Shown here: one piece after another, positions 1 to 11,300 of the stretch
How positions within the stretch are numbered: the stretch's first letter is position 1
How the letters are laid out: each line of letters opens with the position of its first letter
Assembly (NCBI GenBank): GCA_012036325.1
Contig: JAAUPC010000001.1
Coordinates: 1 to 56,197, forward strand
Direction: 5' to 3'
DNA length: 56,197 nt
Origin: Paracoccaceae bacterium
GTDB taxonomy: Bacteria; Pseudomonadota; Alphaproteobacteria; Rhodobacterales; Rhodobacteraceae
Notes under the pieces: generated by a model
What the model saw: the letters and a program-made list of their open reading frames with translations, nothing else
Databases searched by the model: none
Told to the model about the DNA's origin: nothing
Made by a program: the position numbers and the translations under genes

Positions 1-790
1 GAGCCGCCGTGCGCGGACGGCAGCGCGCGCGGCACGCTCGGCTCGGCCACCGGCGAGCGCGTCGCCAGCAGCTCCATCAAGCGTTCTGTCGCGCCGGCAG
101 CGCGCAGCAGATCGCCATAGACCTCCGACAGCACGGCCACGCTCGACACCAGGATCAGCACATAGACGACGGTCTGGCCCAGGTGTCCGGCGCTGATGTC
201 GCCGCGAATCACCGCCTGCGTGCCCTGGTACAGCCCCCACAGCAGCGCGCCGAAGGTGGCGGTGATGATGAAGGCCACCAGCATCGAGCGCACGCGCGTG
301 CGCTTGCGTGCCACGTCGAACGCCGCTTCGGTGGCGGCCGAGAAGCGATCCGACTCCTGCCGTTGCTGGTTGTAGCTCTGCACCACCGGAATCGCGTTGA
401 GCACTTCGGCGGCGATGGCGCTGGTGTCGGCCACGCGGTCCTGGCTGGCGCGCGAGAGCTTGCGCACGCGCTGGCCGAAGTACCAGCTCGGCAGCACCAC
501 GAGCACGAGGATGCCGAGCACCTGCGTCATCACCACCGGGTTGGTGATGATCAGCATGCCCACCGCGCCGATGCCCATCACCGTGTTGCGCAGGCCCATG
601 CTCAGGCTGGAGCCGACGACGGTCTGCACCAGCGTCGTGTCGGTGGTCAGGCGCGACAGCACCTCGCCGGTCTGCGTGGTCTCGAAGAACTCGGGGCTCT
701 GCTCGACGACATGCGCATAGACGGCGTTGCGCAGGTCGGCCGTCACGCGCTCGCCGATCCAGCTGACCATGTAAAAGCGCGCAGCCGAGA
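1..790 (-). CDS. ABC exporter transmembrane domain (MsbA/ABCB-like), partial; runs off the window and is fused in frame to the chrA N-terminal half
   Basis: Not in the ORF track because there is no stop before the edge. Manual translation reads FSAARFYMVSWIGERVTADLRNAVY...FFETTQTGEVLSRLTTDT...RAAGATERLMELL, typical of ABC_membrane domains. Confidence 0.85.
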
Positions 791-1343
791 ACAGGCCAAG
801 CGCCGCGCCGACGATGATCGCGCCAACCATCCCGATGGCCCCGGGCAGGAAGGCGAGCATCCCGACCGCGATGACTGCTATCGCGGCGCGCTCCTTGTCG
901 GGGCAGAGGTTCTTCGCCATGCCCCAGACCGCCTGCGCGACAATCGCCACTGCGACGATTTTCAACCCATGCAGCGCGCCGGTGCCGATCGGCCCCGCAA
1001 TGCTGGCCGCCGTCATGGCAAAGACGAGAAGCACTAGTGCTGAGGGGAGCGTGAAGGCGGTGAAGGCCGCCAGTGCCCCCAGCCAACCTGCACGCATCAT
1101 GCCAAGGGCAAAGCCCACCTGGCTGGAGGCCGGCCCGGGCAGGAACTGGCATAGCGCCACAAGGTCCGCGTAGGCATGGTCGGACAGCCACTTGCGCCGG
1201 TTGACCAGTTCCTCGCGGAAGTAACCCAGATGCGCGATCGGCCCGCCGAAAGACGTCAGGCCAAGCTTCAGGAACGTGGTGAACACCTCGCCCGGCGTGC
1301 CCAGTGTCTGACTGTCCCTAGACAGTTGCGTATCGCCCATCAT
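791..1343 (-). CDS. chrA: Chromate efflux transporter ChrA, N-terminal half only
   Basis: Manual translation from ATG at 1343: FLKLGLTSFGGPIAHLGYFREELV...ALCQFLPGPASSQVG, the CHR-family GGP and PGP motifs. The second CHR domain is absent. Confidence 0.85.
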
Positions 1344-1526
1344 TCTACGTGCCTCACCCAGATCCGTACGCTCAATCGGAACTGATGACGGAGCGCACCT
1401 CAACCTCTATCGGTGATTTCGTGAAAGATTCTTGACGTTCAACTGTCGCGCTTAATATGCGGCGATATCAGATAGGATTCTCCCAGAGAGTGAAGGCAGC
1501 ATCGCGGACGTTACATCCACGGCGGA

Positions 1527-2048
1527 TCAGGCCGTGGCAAGGTTCGATCCGGTCATCTGAATGGCCCAACTCTCCAAGGCATTCGGTTCAGGCGCCAAAG
1601 GTACCGCGAGGCCACCTGCGAACTCTTCGAAAGCAGACAGGTTGAGCGAGTTGACACCTACCAAGACTGGTATCCCGTTGGATAGCGCTTCCGCGACAAC
1701 CATTCGGAATCCGCGCCCTTCGGCTTCGTGTTTGCCAAACTTGTTTATGATCAGGAGATCTGCACCTTGCACCAAGCTGGCTGATACAAGGCCAACGGCT
1801 TTCTCCAAAGCCGTCGGGTCAAGCCTGCAACCGCGCGATGCACGGCCGAGGTCCTGGCTGATCCGTAGAATTGGACCGTTGGGTAAGACCTGCACATCCA
1901 TATCACACGGCCCTGCATCGGAGCGCTCGGAGTTTATCTGGACCGTACCGCAGCAGCGAAACCCACGCGAGGCCATTGCTTTTGAAAGATTAAAGAGGAT
2001 GAGATCGGTATCGCCGCGGCCCGGTGCCATTGTGTAAGCGAGGTTCAT
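1527..2048 (-). CDS. DUF2478-family protein (P-loop-like, molybdenum-cofactor associated)
   Basis: ISQDLGRASRGCRLDP and LLIINKFGKHEAEGRG motifs; directly downstream of moeA; start placed at MNLAY. Confidence 0.75.
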   Translation of the reverse strand: MNLAYTMAPGRGDTDLILFNLSKAMASRGFRCCGTVQINSERSDAGPCDMDVQVLPNGPILRISQDLGRASRGCRLDPTALEKAVGLVSASLVQGADLLIINKFGKHEAEGRGFRMVVAEALSNGIPVLVGVNSLNLSAFEEFAGGLAVPLAPEPNALESWAIQMTGSNLATA

Positions 2049-2059
2049 CTTCGGCCTTC

Positions 2060-3336
2060 TCAGTTTCGACAAAAGGGTTGGAATTCGACGAGTGCGCCTT
2101 CGGGCAGGAAATCACAGTCGGCTGACAAAAAGATCAACCCGTCTGCTTCGGGTAACCCGCGGACATGGCCGGAATGAGTTTCGGCATCAAATGTCACGAC
2201 CTCACGACCTTGACCGTCAAAGCCTACGCATGTCGCGGGTCGTAATTCGCAGCGACCGGGCTTCCTGGAAATCGCCGCTCCCGTAACGACATGGCGCCGG
2301 GTAACTCGCTCCGTTTCACCGGTCAGTCGGACGACAATCGCCGTTCCGAAAAGCTGCCAGGTGACGAAGGCTGACAAGGGATTACCTGGCAAACCCAGCC
2401 ACCATGCGCCCCGAATACGACCGAAGGATACCGGTTTGCCCGGCTTGATCGCAACGCCACTGAAATGAATCTCCCCGCCAAGATCTGACAACGCAGGTTT
2501 GATGTGGTCTTCCTCACCGACCGAAATTCCGCCGGTGGTGATGACAAGATCGGCATTGGCAGCCAGTTCCGCAATCTGCAGGAACAACCCGTCGCGACTG
2601 TCAATGCCCTGTTCCACAGCGACAATATCGATCTGGGGCTGCGTCAGAATGCCGGTCAGCATGGGAGTGTTCACGTCCCAGATCTGAGCCTCGGCACGCA
2701 GAGCACCGGCCGTGCGAATTTCGTTGCCGGTCACCAGAAGCGCCACGCGCAATCGCCTGCGCACCGTCACAGACCCCGCCCCGGCTGCTGCACAGGCGGC
2801 AATCGCGCGCGCGTCAAGCCGGCGTCCCTTCTCAAGCACCGTGACCCCTGCCGCCATTTCGCTTCCGGCTCGGCGGATGTTGAGCCCGGGCGTTGGTCGC
2901 GTGGCTACACTGATCGTCTTTCCCATCCGCTTGACTTCTTCTTGCATCACCACCACGTCCGCGCCTTCGGGAACTTTTGCCCCAGTGAATATTTGCGCGG
3001 CTTGCAGGTCGACCAGAGGCATGGCTGAGGACTGCCCCGCCTGGATACGCGCTGCTACGTCCAGTACCCACGGTCCATCACCTCGCAGCGCGCCGAGGAA
3101 AAGGCAAATCCGTCCATTGCAGCGTTGTCGAACGGAGGAGACATGCTGCGTGTACTGACAGGGTCGGCAAGCACGCGGCCCAAAGCCTTGTCCAGACAGA
3201 TGTCTTCCGTTCCGTCGACGATGGTCACGCAATGCCCAATCAGGTCGAGAGCGGCATCGATCGCGAGCAGCTTTTTTCTTGCATCGTGCCCCTCACAGCC
3301 ACAGCCGGTCCGTGTCACGGGTTGCAGGATACTCAT
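2060..3336 (-). CDS. moeA: Molybdopterin molybdotransferase MoeA, one frameshift near 3095
   Basis: ORF 3055-3336 carries ALGRVLA...PPFDNAAMDGFA. ORF 2060-3232 carries IFTGAKVPEGADVVVMQE, TTGGISVGEEDH, KPGKP and GLPGNP. Confidence 0.9.
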
Positions 3337-3950
3337 GGTGTTGCTCCTTCCTTGAAATGCCCCGGCCCCACGCTGCAGTCGAGGTCGCGCAACAGGCCGT
3401 CTTTCAAACCGTAGATCAGCCCATGCACCCGGACTTTCGCGCCGCGCGTCCAGGCTCGCTGCAGGATCGGCGTCTCGCAGACCCGGCGAACGCCTTCGAC
3501 CACGTTGAACTCGGCCAACCGGTCTCGCCGCGCCTCAAGGTCAGGCTGGCGGCTCAGATCGACTGCGTAGGCGCGGGAAAGGCGCCGGATCGGCTCCAGC
3601 CAGTGGTCGGCAAGACCGTGGGGAAGATCCTCGGTTGCTGCCTTGACACCCCCACAGCCGTAGTGGCCGCAGACGATGATCTCGCGCACCTTCAGCGCCT
3701 CGACCGCGAATTCCAGCGCGGACAGCATGTTCATGTCAGAGGAATGGATGATGTTCGCCACGTTGCGATGGACAAAGACCTCGCCTGGGTCGAGCCCCGC
3801 CACGACGTTGGCCGGAACACGGCTGTCCGAACATCCGATCCAGAAGAATTCCGGGGCTTGCAGGGCCGCGAGACGGGTAAAGTATCCAGGTTCCTGCGCC
3901 TGTCTTTTGGCCGACCAGTCGCGGTTGCGGGCAAGGATATCACTCAGCAT
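3333..3950 (-). CDS. can: Beta-class carbonic anhydrase
   Basis: IGCSDSRV, HRNVAN and CGHYGCGG zinc-ligand motifs. Confidence 0.93.
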   Translation of the reverse strand: MLSDILARNRDWSAKRQAQEPGYFTRLAALQAPEFFWIGCSDSRVPANVVAGLDPGEVFVHRNVANIIHSSDMNMLSALEFAVEALKVREIIVCGHYGCGGVKAATEDLPHGLADHWLEPIRRLSRAYAVDLSRQPDLEARRDRLAEFNVVEGVRRVCETPILQRAWTRGAKVRVHGLIYGLKDGLLRDLDCSVGPGHFKEGATP

Positions 3951-3951
3951 T

Positions 3952-4509
3952 TTATACCCCGTGGCCAGTGGGAAGCCCGCGCCGCGACCGCATGTGATCG
4001 GCCAGACGGCGCAAGTCGCCCCGCGTCAACCTGGCGCGGGCTATGGGCAGGAGGATAGCGTTTTCCGCCACCAGATGGCGGCGGACATGAGCGGCGAAAC
4101 GCGCAAGAACCTCGCGGTCTTCGCTGGAAAGGTTGGCCCCAGCGTCGAGGCAGTTGGCGATGGCCCCACGCACTGAAGGCAGCAGGGACAGGGCCTGATC
4201 CTGATCGTGGCGGATGCGGCCTAAGACGGAGGCGATGGAATCTTCATCGGTGCAGCGCCGCGCAAGAGTTGGGAACAGGTCTTCCACCTCATCCCGCAGA
4301 TGCACGCCAAGCTCTTCGTTCAGAAAACGCAGGATGATGACGCCTGCCGGACGGTCGAAGGTCCGGGCGGCGACGAGGCGGTCTATCTCAGTGCAGATCT
4401 GGCGTTCGCGCAGATGGTCCTCGCTGATGAAGTCCAGCGGCCGGGCCAGAAGGCCCGGATCGGTGGGGCCCTGGCCGCTGCCACGTCGCGCTGGTTCTGA
4501 CCGCTTCAT
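3952..4509 (-). CDS. Hemerythrin/HHE-domain protein
   Basis: EDH, HLRDEVEDLF and HLVAENAILLP motifs; start placed at MKRSE. Confidence 0.8.
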   Translation of the reverse strand: MKRSEPARRGSGQGPTDPGLLARPLDFISEDHLRERQICTEIDRLVAARTFDRPAGVIILRFLNEELGVHLRDEVEDLFPTLARRCTDEDSIASVLGRIRHDQDQALSLLPSVRGAIANCLDAGANLSSEDREVLARFAAHVRRHLVAENAILLPIARARLTRGDLRRLADHMRSRRGLPTGHGV

Positions 4510-4529
4510 GGGACGCTCCTGACCGTGGA

Positions 4530-5333
4530 TCAGATCGGAGCCAGGCTTGCGCCGGTGATCGTCGCCTGTCGGCCAAGCCTGTTCACGAAGTCGCGCGACG
4601 CGCGGGCCCAAGCGGCCTTCTCCAGCGCCTCGGCGATCCTTGGCCGCACCGTTTCGAACGGCAGGACCTGCCCTGGGGCCAGTGCATTCAAGCGGATGAT
4701 GTGCCAGCCATGCCGCGACAGGACCGGGGCCGGGGCCGTCTGGCCTTCGGACAGGCAGCGCAGAGCGGCTTCGAACTCGGGCACTGTATCGCCGGGGCCG
4801 ATCTGGCCCAGATGGCCCCCTTGTGCCTTTGACCCGCAGTCGCTGCTCCGGGCGGCGTGGGCGAAGTCCTTGGGCCCCTCTCCGAGTCGGGCCAGAAGTG
4901 CCTGTGCACGCGCCTCGGCAGCGGCCGTCTCAGTCTGATCGCGGGGGTCGCATGCGCACAGGATGTGCGAGACGTCCCAAAGAGGAGCCGACCGATAACG
5001 CGAGGGGTCTCGCGCCCATTCGGCACGGATCGCATCATCGGTCACCGGATCGGGCAAGACCGCCTCTTCCAGCAAGACGCGGATCAGGGCTTCGTCTTCC
5101 GTTTCCCACCGGCCTGGGGCCAGTTCCAGCGGATCGGGGGCCAGACCGCGCGCCCGGGCCTCTTGCAGAAGCAGCGCCCGGATCGCCATCGCCTGCGCCG
5201 CCTTGCGCCAGGCGATGCCGGGCTTGTCCTTCGGTGCGCTGTGGTTCTGGGCCTCGGCGGCGATTGCCGCCGAGGGGATGGTTTCGCCGTTCACCACGAC
5301 ATCGGGGAAAAGAGACATGTTCATCGCACTCAC
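4530..5333 (-). CDS. PpiC/NifM-type peptidylprolyl isomerase associated with nar
   Basis: SHIL, SDCGSKAQGGHLG, VPEFE and GWHII rotamase motifs; follows narI. Confidence 0.9.
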   Translation of the reverse strand: MSAMNMSLFPDVVVNGETIPSAAIAAEAQNHSAPKDKPGIAWRKAAQAMAIRALLLQEARARGLAPDPLELAPGRWETEDEALIRVLLEEAVLPDPVTDDAIRAEWARDPSRYRSAPLWDVSHILCACDPRDQTETAAAEARAQALLARLGEGPKDFAHAARSSDCGSKAQGGHLGQIGPGDTVPEFEAALRCLSEGQTAPAPVLSRHGWHIIRLNALAPGQVLPFETVRPRIAEALEKAAWARASRDFVNRLGRQATITGASLAPI

Positions 5334-6124
5334 TCCGCCGGGGTATGGGCTTTGGGGCCACCCGCGCCCTGCCGCCTGTCAAAGTCGCGGCGGCGTTCTT
5401 CCAGCGGGCGGCGGCGACGGGACCGCACGATCTGGTAGCCAGAGCGGGCCACAAGATAGCGGAAGGGCGCCGCGAAGCCCGACCAGATGTGCACCAGCCG
5501 CGTGAACGGAAACAGCATGGTGATGATCAGACCGAGGAAGATGTGCAGCTTGAACAGCCAGTGAACGTCCACCACGGTGACCCAGGCGTTGATGTTCCAT
5601 GTCACCACGCTTTGCGACCATTCCATGAAGCGGATCATTTCTGCCCCGTCCATGTGCTGAAGGGACTGCGTGATGGTCAGCAGGCCAATGGCAAGCTGAA
5701 GCCAAATCAGGATCATGATCAGGATGTCGAGGGTGGTTGACGTGGCGCGGATGCGCGGATCGGTCAGTCGACGATGAATCAGCATGGTGCCACCGATCAG
5801 CGCCGCAAGGCCCGCAGGCCCGCCGATCAGAACCGCCATCCACTGCTTCAGACCATAAGGCACACCAAGGGCATCCAGCACCCAGACAGGTGTGAACAGG
5901 CCGACAAGGTGGCCGAAGAACACCGTCAGGATGCCGACATGGAACAGGATCGACCCCCAGATCAGCTGCTTGCGGCGCAACAGCTGGCTGGACGAGCTTT
6001 TCCAGGTGAAGGGATCGCGTTCATAGCGGGCGATGGACCCAACCAGAAACACCGTCAACGCGACATAGGGCATGACCCCGAAGATGACGAAGTTGATGTC
6101 AAAGCTCTCGAACATGTCATGCAC
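5330..6124 (-). CDS. narI: Respiratory nitrate reductase gamma subunit (cytochrome b)
   Basis: WKSSSSQLL, FHVGIL..GH, LHIFLG and FPFTRLVH heme-His motifs. Confidence 0.97.
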   Translation of the reverse strand: MHDMFESFDINFVIFGVMPYVALTVFLVGSIARYERDPFTWKSSSSQLLRRKQLIWGSILFHVGILTVFFGHLVGLFTPVWVLDALGVPYGLKQWMAVLIGGPAGLAALIGGTMLIHRRLTDPRIRATSTTLDILIMILIWLQLAIGLLTITQSLQHMDGAEMIRFMEWSQSVVTWNINAWVTVVDVHWLFKLHIFLGLIITMLFPFTRLVHIWSGFAAPFRYLVARSGYQIVRSRRRRPLEERRRDFDRRQGAGGPKAHTPAE

Positions 6125-6812
6125 TCCTGTGCTGCGTGGCGGGTTGGTCCATCAGGGCCAGCATGTCGCGGACCTGCGGACAGCCTGCATTGGGGTCGGG
6201 TCCGAAGGTAACTTCGGTTTCCTCCCAGACCGCATCCAGCGCCGCTAGATCGCTCGGGTCATCGTCGGGCTGGCCCAGCATTCCGGCCACGGCATCGGCA
6301 TCTGCATTGCCCCCGGCAAGTGTGGAAAGGGCGGCGAACGCGGCGGCATACCCGCTCTCGCGCCGCTCGAGGCGACCTGAGAGGGCGTCGAGGATATGCG
6401 CCGCGTCCGCCAAGGTTTCCTGCGCTTCGCGTGTGGGGCGCGTCGCCAGGAATTCTAGAAGCACCGGCAGGTGGTCGGGCAGTTCCGAGGTGGCGGGTTC
6501 AAACCCGCCATCGCGGTAGGTCTCGATCAGACTGACCATCGCGCCGCCCCGCTCGCGGCTTTCGCCGTGAACATGTTCAAAGAGGTTGAGCGACAGTGTC
6601 CGCGACCGGTCGAACAGCATCACATACCGCTCTTGCAGGTCATAGAGATCGCCTTGCGCCAGATCGGCGGTCACCTTCCGCACTGCGGCCTGGGTAGCAG
6701 GCGCAATGCGTGGATCAGCAGCCAGGACGGCGCCGATTTCGGGCATTGCGTCCTGCAACTCGGCCGAGGGATAGGTCAAGATCAGCGAGAGGGCCTTGAG
6801 TGTGCGGTCCAT
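6117..6812 (-). CDS. narJ: Nitrate reductase molybdenum cofactor assembly chaperone
   Basis: LQERYVMLFD, SLNLFEHVHGESRERG and ELPDHLP motifs. Confidence 0.96.
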   Translation of the reverse strand: MDRTLKALSLILTYPSAELQDAMPEIGAVLAADPRIAPATQAAVRKVTADLAQGDLYDLQERYVMLFDRSRTLSLNLFEHVHGESRERGGAMVSLIETYRDGGFEPATSELPDHLPVLLEFLATRPTREAQETLADAAHILDALSGRLERRESGYAAAFAALSTLAGGNADADAVAGMLGQPDDDPSDLAALDAVWEETEVTFGPDPNAGCPQVRDMLALMDQPATQHRSA

Positions 6813-8338
6813 CAGAACGACTCCAGCGGAAGGGCGAAGGACTTTTTCTTGCCACCGAAGAGGCTGGTCTTGCCGCTCTCGCCGTCAGAACAGCCGTTAC
6901 CGTCGGTGAAGCCGCAACCGCCACGAATGTCTGCGCCGGCCTCGTTCTGTTCGCGGTGCGCGGTGGGGATGGCGAAACGGTCCTCGTAATCCGCAATCGC
7001 CATGATCTTGTACATGTCCTCGATCATCCGGCCCGACATACCGACGCGAGCGGCGATGCCCTCGTCGCGGACTCCGTCCACGGTCAGCGCCCGCATATAA
7101 AGGCGCATGGCCGACATCCGTTCCAGCGCGTGGACGATGGGTTCCTCGTCCCCCGCCGTCAGCATGTTGGCCAGATACTGCACGGGAATGCGTAACGACC
7201 GCACGTCGGGCATCTGGTCGCTCATCGCGATCTGGCCGGCCTGGGCTGCGTTCTGGATCGGCGATAGCGGTGGGATGTACCAGACCATCGGCAAGGTGCG
7301 GTATTCCGGGTGCAGCGGGAAGGCGACCTTCCAGTCCATCGTCATTTTCCAGACCGGGCTGATCTTGGCCGCCTCGATCCAGTCCTCAGGCACGCCGTCA
7401 CGGCGGGCGGCGGCGATCACGTCAGGATCGTTCGGGTCGAGGAACACGTCTAACTGCGCGCCGTAAAGGTCGGTTTCCCGTTCTGCGCTCGCCGCCGCCT
7501 CGATCTTGTCGGCATCATAGAGGATGACGCCCAGATAGCGGATGCGGCCTACGCAGGTCTCTGAGCAGACCGTCGGCTGGCCCGATTCAATACGCGGATA
7601 GCAGAAGGTGCATTTCTCGGACTTGCCGGTGTCCCAGTTGTAATAGACCTTCTTGTAGGGGCAGCCCGAGATGCACATCCGCCAGCCCCGGCATTTTTCC
7701 TGGTCGATCAGAACGATCCCATCCTCCTCGCGCTTGTAGATCGCGCCCGACGGGCAAGAGGCGGAGCAGGTGGGGTTAAGGCAATGCTCGCACAGCCTCG
7801 GCAGATACATCATGAAGGTGTTTTCGTATTCGCCGTAGATGTCCTTCTGCACCTTGTCGAAATTGTAATCCGCCGACCGCTTGGCGAATTCACCACCCAG
7901 GATTTCCTCCCAGTTCGGACCCTTCTCGATCTTCTCCATCCGCTCGCCCGTGATCTTTGACCGGGGGCGCGCGGTGGGGAAGGCCTGCATATCGGGGGCG
8001 GATTTCAGGTGGTCATAGTCGAAATCGAACGGCTCGTAGTAGTCATCGATTTCGGGCATCGAGGGGTTGGCGAAGATATTCGCCAGAATCCGCCATTTGG
8101 CCCCCTGCTTCGGCTGCAGCTTGCCCGATGCGCTGCGGACCCAGCCGCCATTCCAGCGCTTCTGGTTTTCCCAGTCGGTCGGATAGCCGGTGCCGGGCTT
8201 GGTTTCGACGTTGTTGAACCAGGCGTATTCAACGCCTTCCCGCGTCGTCCAGACGTTCTTGCAGGTGACGGAACAGGTGTGACAGCCGATGCACTTGTCC
8301 AGGTTCAGGACTTTGCCGATTTGCGCACGAACTTTCAT
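6812..8338 (-). CDS. narH: Respiratory nitrate reductase beta subunit
   Basis: Starts MKVRAQIGKVLNLDKCIGCHTCSVTCK; four Fe-S Cys clusters; start overlaps the narG stop. Confidence 0.98.
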   Translation of the reverse strand: MKVRAQIGKVLNLDKCIGCHTCSVTCKNVWTTREGVEYAWFNNVETKPGTGYPTDWENQKRWNGGWVRSASGKLQPKQGAKWRILANIFANPSMPEIDDYYEPFDFDYDHLKSAPDMQAFPTARPRSKITGERMEKIEKGPNWEEILGGEFAKRSADYNFDKVQKDIYGEYENTFMMYLPRLCEHCLNPTCSASCPSGAIYKREEDGIVLIDQEKCRGWRMCISGCPYKKVYYNWDTGKSEKCTFCYPRIESGQPTVCSETCVGRIRYLGVILYDADKIEAAASAERETDLYGAQLDVFLDPNDPDVIAAARRDGVPEDWIEAAKISPVWKMTMDWKVAFPLHPEYRTLPMVWYIPPLSPIQNAAQAGQIAMSDQMPDVRSLRIPVQYLANMLTAGDEEPIVHALERMSAMRLYMRALTVDGVRDEGIAARVGMSGRMIEDMYKIMAIADYEDRFAIPTAHREQNEAGADIRGGCGFTDGNGCSDGESGKTSLFGGKKKSFALPLESF

Positions 8339-11300
8339 TCCGCTGCCTCCAGACCTTTGGTTGCGGGACGGTCGAGCCAATCGACCTTCTTCATCTTGCG
8401 GACGATCACGAATTCGTCCCGGTTCGAGCCGACGGTGCCGTAGTAGTTGAACCCGTAGGAAAGCTGCGCGTAGCCGCCGATCATGTGGGTGGGCTTAAGC
8501 GTGGCGCGGGTGACAGAATTGTGGATGCCGCCGCGATGGCCGGTCTTTTCCGAACCGGGCGTATTCACGATCTTTTCCTGCGCGTGATACATGAACAGCG
8601 TGCCCTGCTTGATCCGCTGGGACACCACCACCCGCGCGGTCAGCGCACCGTTGATGTTGTAAGCCTCGACCCAGTCGTTATCGACGAGACCGGCTTTGGC
8701 CGCGTCAATTTCAGACATCCAGACCACCGGGCCGCCGCGGTTCAGCGTTAGCATCAAGAGGTTGTCGGTGTAGGTGGAATGGATGCCCCATTTCTGGTGC
8801 GGCGTGATGAAGTTCAGCACGACATGCGGGTTGCCCTCGGCCGCGTCGTTGTTGACGGCCTTGGTGATGGTCTTCAGGTCCACCGGCGGGCGGTAGCTGA
8901 CAAAGCCCTCGCCAAAGGCCCGCATCCAGAGGTGATCCTGATAGAGCTGCTGCCGTCCCGTCAGCGTCCGCCACGGGATCAACTCGTGGACGTTGGTGTA
9001 GCCCGCATTGTAGCAAACCGTCTCGGATTCGATCCCCGACCAGGTGGGCGAGGAGATGATCTTGCGCGGCTGCGCCGCGATGTCACGGAAGCGGATCTTG
9101 GTGTGATGCGCGCCCTCGGCGAGATGGGTGTGGTGCTGGCCTGTGGGCTTCTCCAGTTCTTCCCAAGCCTTGACCGCGACCTCACCGTTGGTTTCGGGCG
9201 CCAGCATCAGGATCATTTCCGCCGCGTTGATCGCCGTTTCCAGCTTGGCCATGCCTTTCGACACGCCCTCATCCAGCACGACCCCGTTCAGGTCGCGCAA
9301 GTGGCCGACCTCGACCTTGGTGTCCCAGTTGATCCCCTTGCCGCCGTTGCCGAGTTTTTCCAGCAGCGGGCCAACGGACGTGAACTGCTTGTAAAGGTTG
9401 GGGTAATCGCGCTCTACCGCGATATAGTTCGGTGCGGTCTTGCCGGGGATCAGGTCACATTCGCCCTTTTTCCAGTCCTTCACGTGGGCCTGAGCAAGTT
9501 CACCGGGGGTGTCGTGCAGCAGGGGAAGCTGGACGATGTCCGTTTCCACCCCCAGCACCTCGGGGGCCACTTCGCTGAACTTCTTCGCGATGGATTTAAA
9601 GATTTCCCAGTCCGACTTCGATTCATAGGCAGGGTCCACCGCTGCCTGCAGCGGGTGGATGAACGGGTGCATGTCGGAGGTGTTCAGGTCGTCCTTTTCA
9701 TACCAGGACGCCGTCGGCAGCACGATGTCGGAATATACCGCCGTCGTCGACATGCGGAAGTCGATGCAGACCAGAAGGTCCAGCTTGCCCTTCGGCGCCT
9801 CGTCATGCCAGACGGCCTCTTTCGGCATCACGCCGCCTTCCTCGCCCAGATCCTTGCCCATGACGCCGTGATCGGTGCCTAGCAAGTGCTTGAGGAAGTA
9901 TTCATGCCCCTTGCCCGACGACCCCAGCAGGTTGGACCGCCAGACAAACAGGTTGCGCGGCCAGTTTTCCGGCGCATCCGGGTCCTCGCAGGACATTTCC
10001 AGCTTGCCGGATTTCAGTTCAGTGGCGATGAGCTCCCTGATGTCCTTGCCCGCCGCCTTGGCGGCCTTCGACACCTCCAGCGGGTTGGTCTTCAACTGCG
10101 GGGCCGATGGCAACCAGCCCATCCGTTCCGCCCGGATGTTGTAGTCAATGAGGCTGATGTCCCAGTCGCCCTTGGGGGCTGTGGGCGACAGGATTTCACC
10201 CGCACGCAGCGTCTCATATCGCCACTGGTCGGTATGGGCATACCACGCAGAGGTCGAGTTCATGTGCCGCGGCGGGCGGTTCCAGTCCAGTGCGAAGGCC
10301 AGCGGCGCCCAGCCGGTCTGAGGACGGAGCTTCTCTTGCCCCACATAATGTGACCAGCCGCCGCCCTCTTGGCCAATACAGCCGCACATCACCAGCATGT
10401 TGATGATGCCGCGGTAGTTCATGTCCATGTGGTACCAGTGGTTCAGACCGGCCCCGAGGATGACCATGGACTTGCCCCGGGTCTTTTCTGCGTTGCCCGC
10501 GAATTCCCGTGCAACGGCGATGATCTTTTCCCGTGCGACACCTGTGATCTTCTCCGCCCAGGCGGGAGTATAGGGGGTGTCGTCGTCGAAGTTTTTCGAC
10601 ACCCACTCACCCCCCAGCCCCCGATCGAGCCCGTAGTTGGCGCAGAAAAGGTCAAAGACTGTGGCCACCAGCGCCTCACGCCCATCCGCCAATTTCACTT
10701 TCCGTGCGGGGATGTTCCGGGTCAGCACCTCGGGCGCGTCGCATTTGACGAAGTCGCCTGTCGCCGCACCACCGAAATAGGGAAAGTCCACGCCGACGAT
10801 GCTGTCGTTGTGTTCGTCAAGGATCTGGCTCAGGCGCAGCCGCGTTTCGGCACTGGCGGCTTCTTCCACCAGATTCCATTTGCCTTCCTCACCCCAACGG
10901 AATCCGATGGAGCCGTTGGGGGCAACAAAGCGACCCGTTGCCTCATCAAAGGCGACGGTCTTCCAGTCGGGGTTGTTCGCCTCGCCCAGCTTGTCGTCGA
11001 AATCCTCGGCCCGCAGCATTCGTCCCGGAACAAGGCGGCCGTCCTGTTCGTCCAGCACCACCAGCATCGGCATGTCGGTGTATTTGCGGGCGTATTCCTC
11101 GAAATACTCGGCCTGCCGGTCGAGGTGGTACTCGCGCAGGATCACATGGCCCATCGCCATCGCCAGCGCCGCATCGGTGCCCGCCTGCGGGTTCAGCCAG
11201 ATGTCGCCGAACTTGGCGGCTTCGGAATAGTCGGGGCTGACCACGGCGGACTTTGTGCCGCGATAGCGGACCTCGGTGTAGAAATGGGCGTCCGGCGTGC

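Noticed and set aside
9-1037. 342-aa plus-strand ORF, and the many other long antisense ORFs across the window
   Set aside because: Shadow frames of GC-rich genes on the opposite strand; no recognisable motifs.
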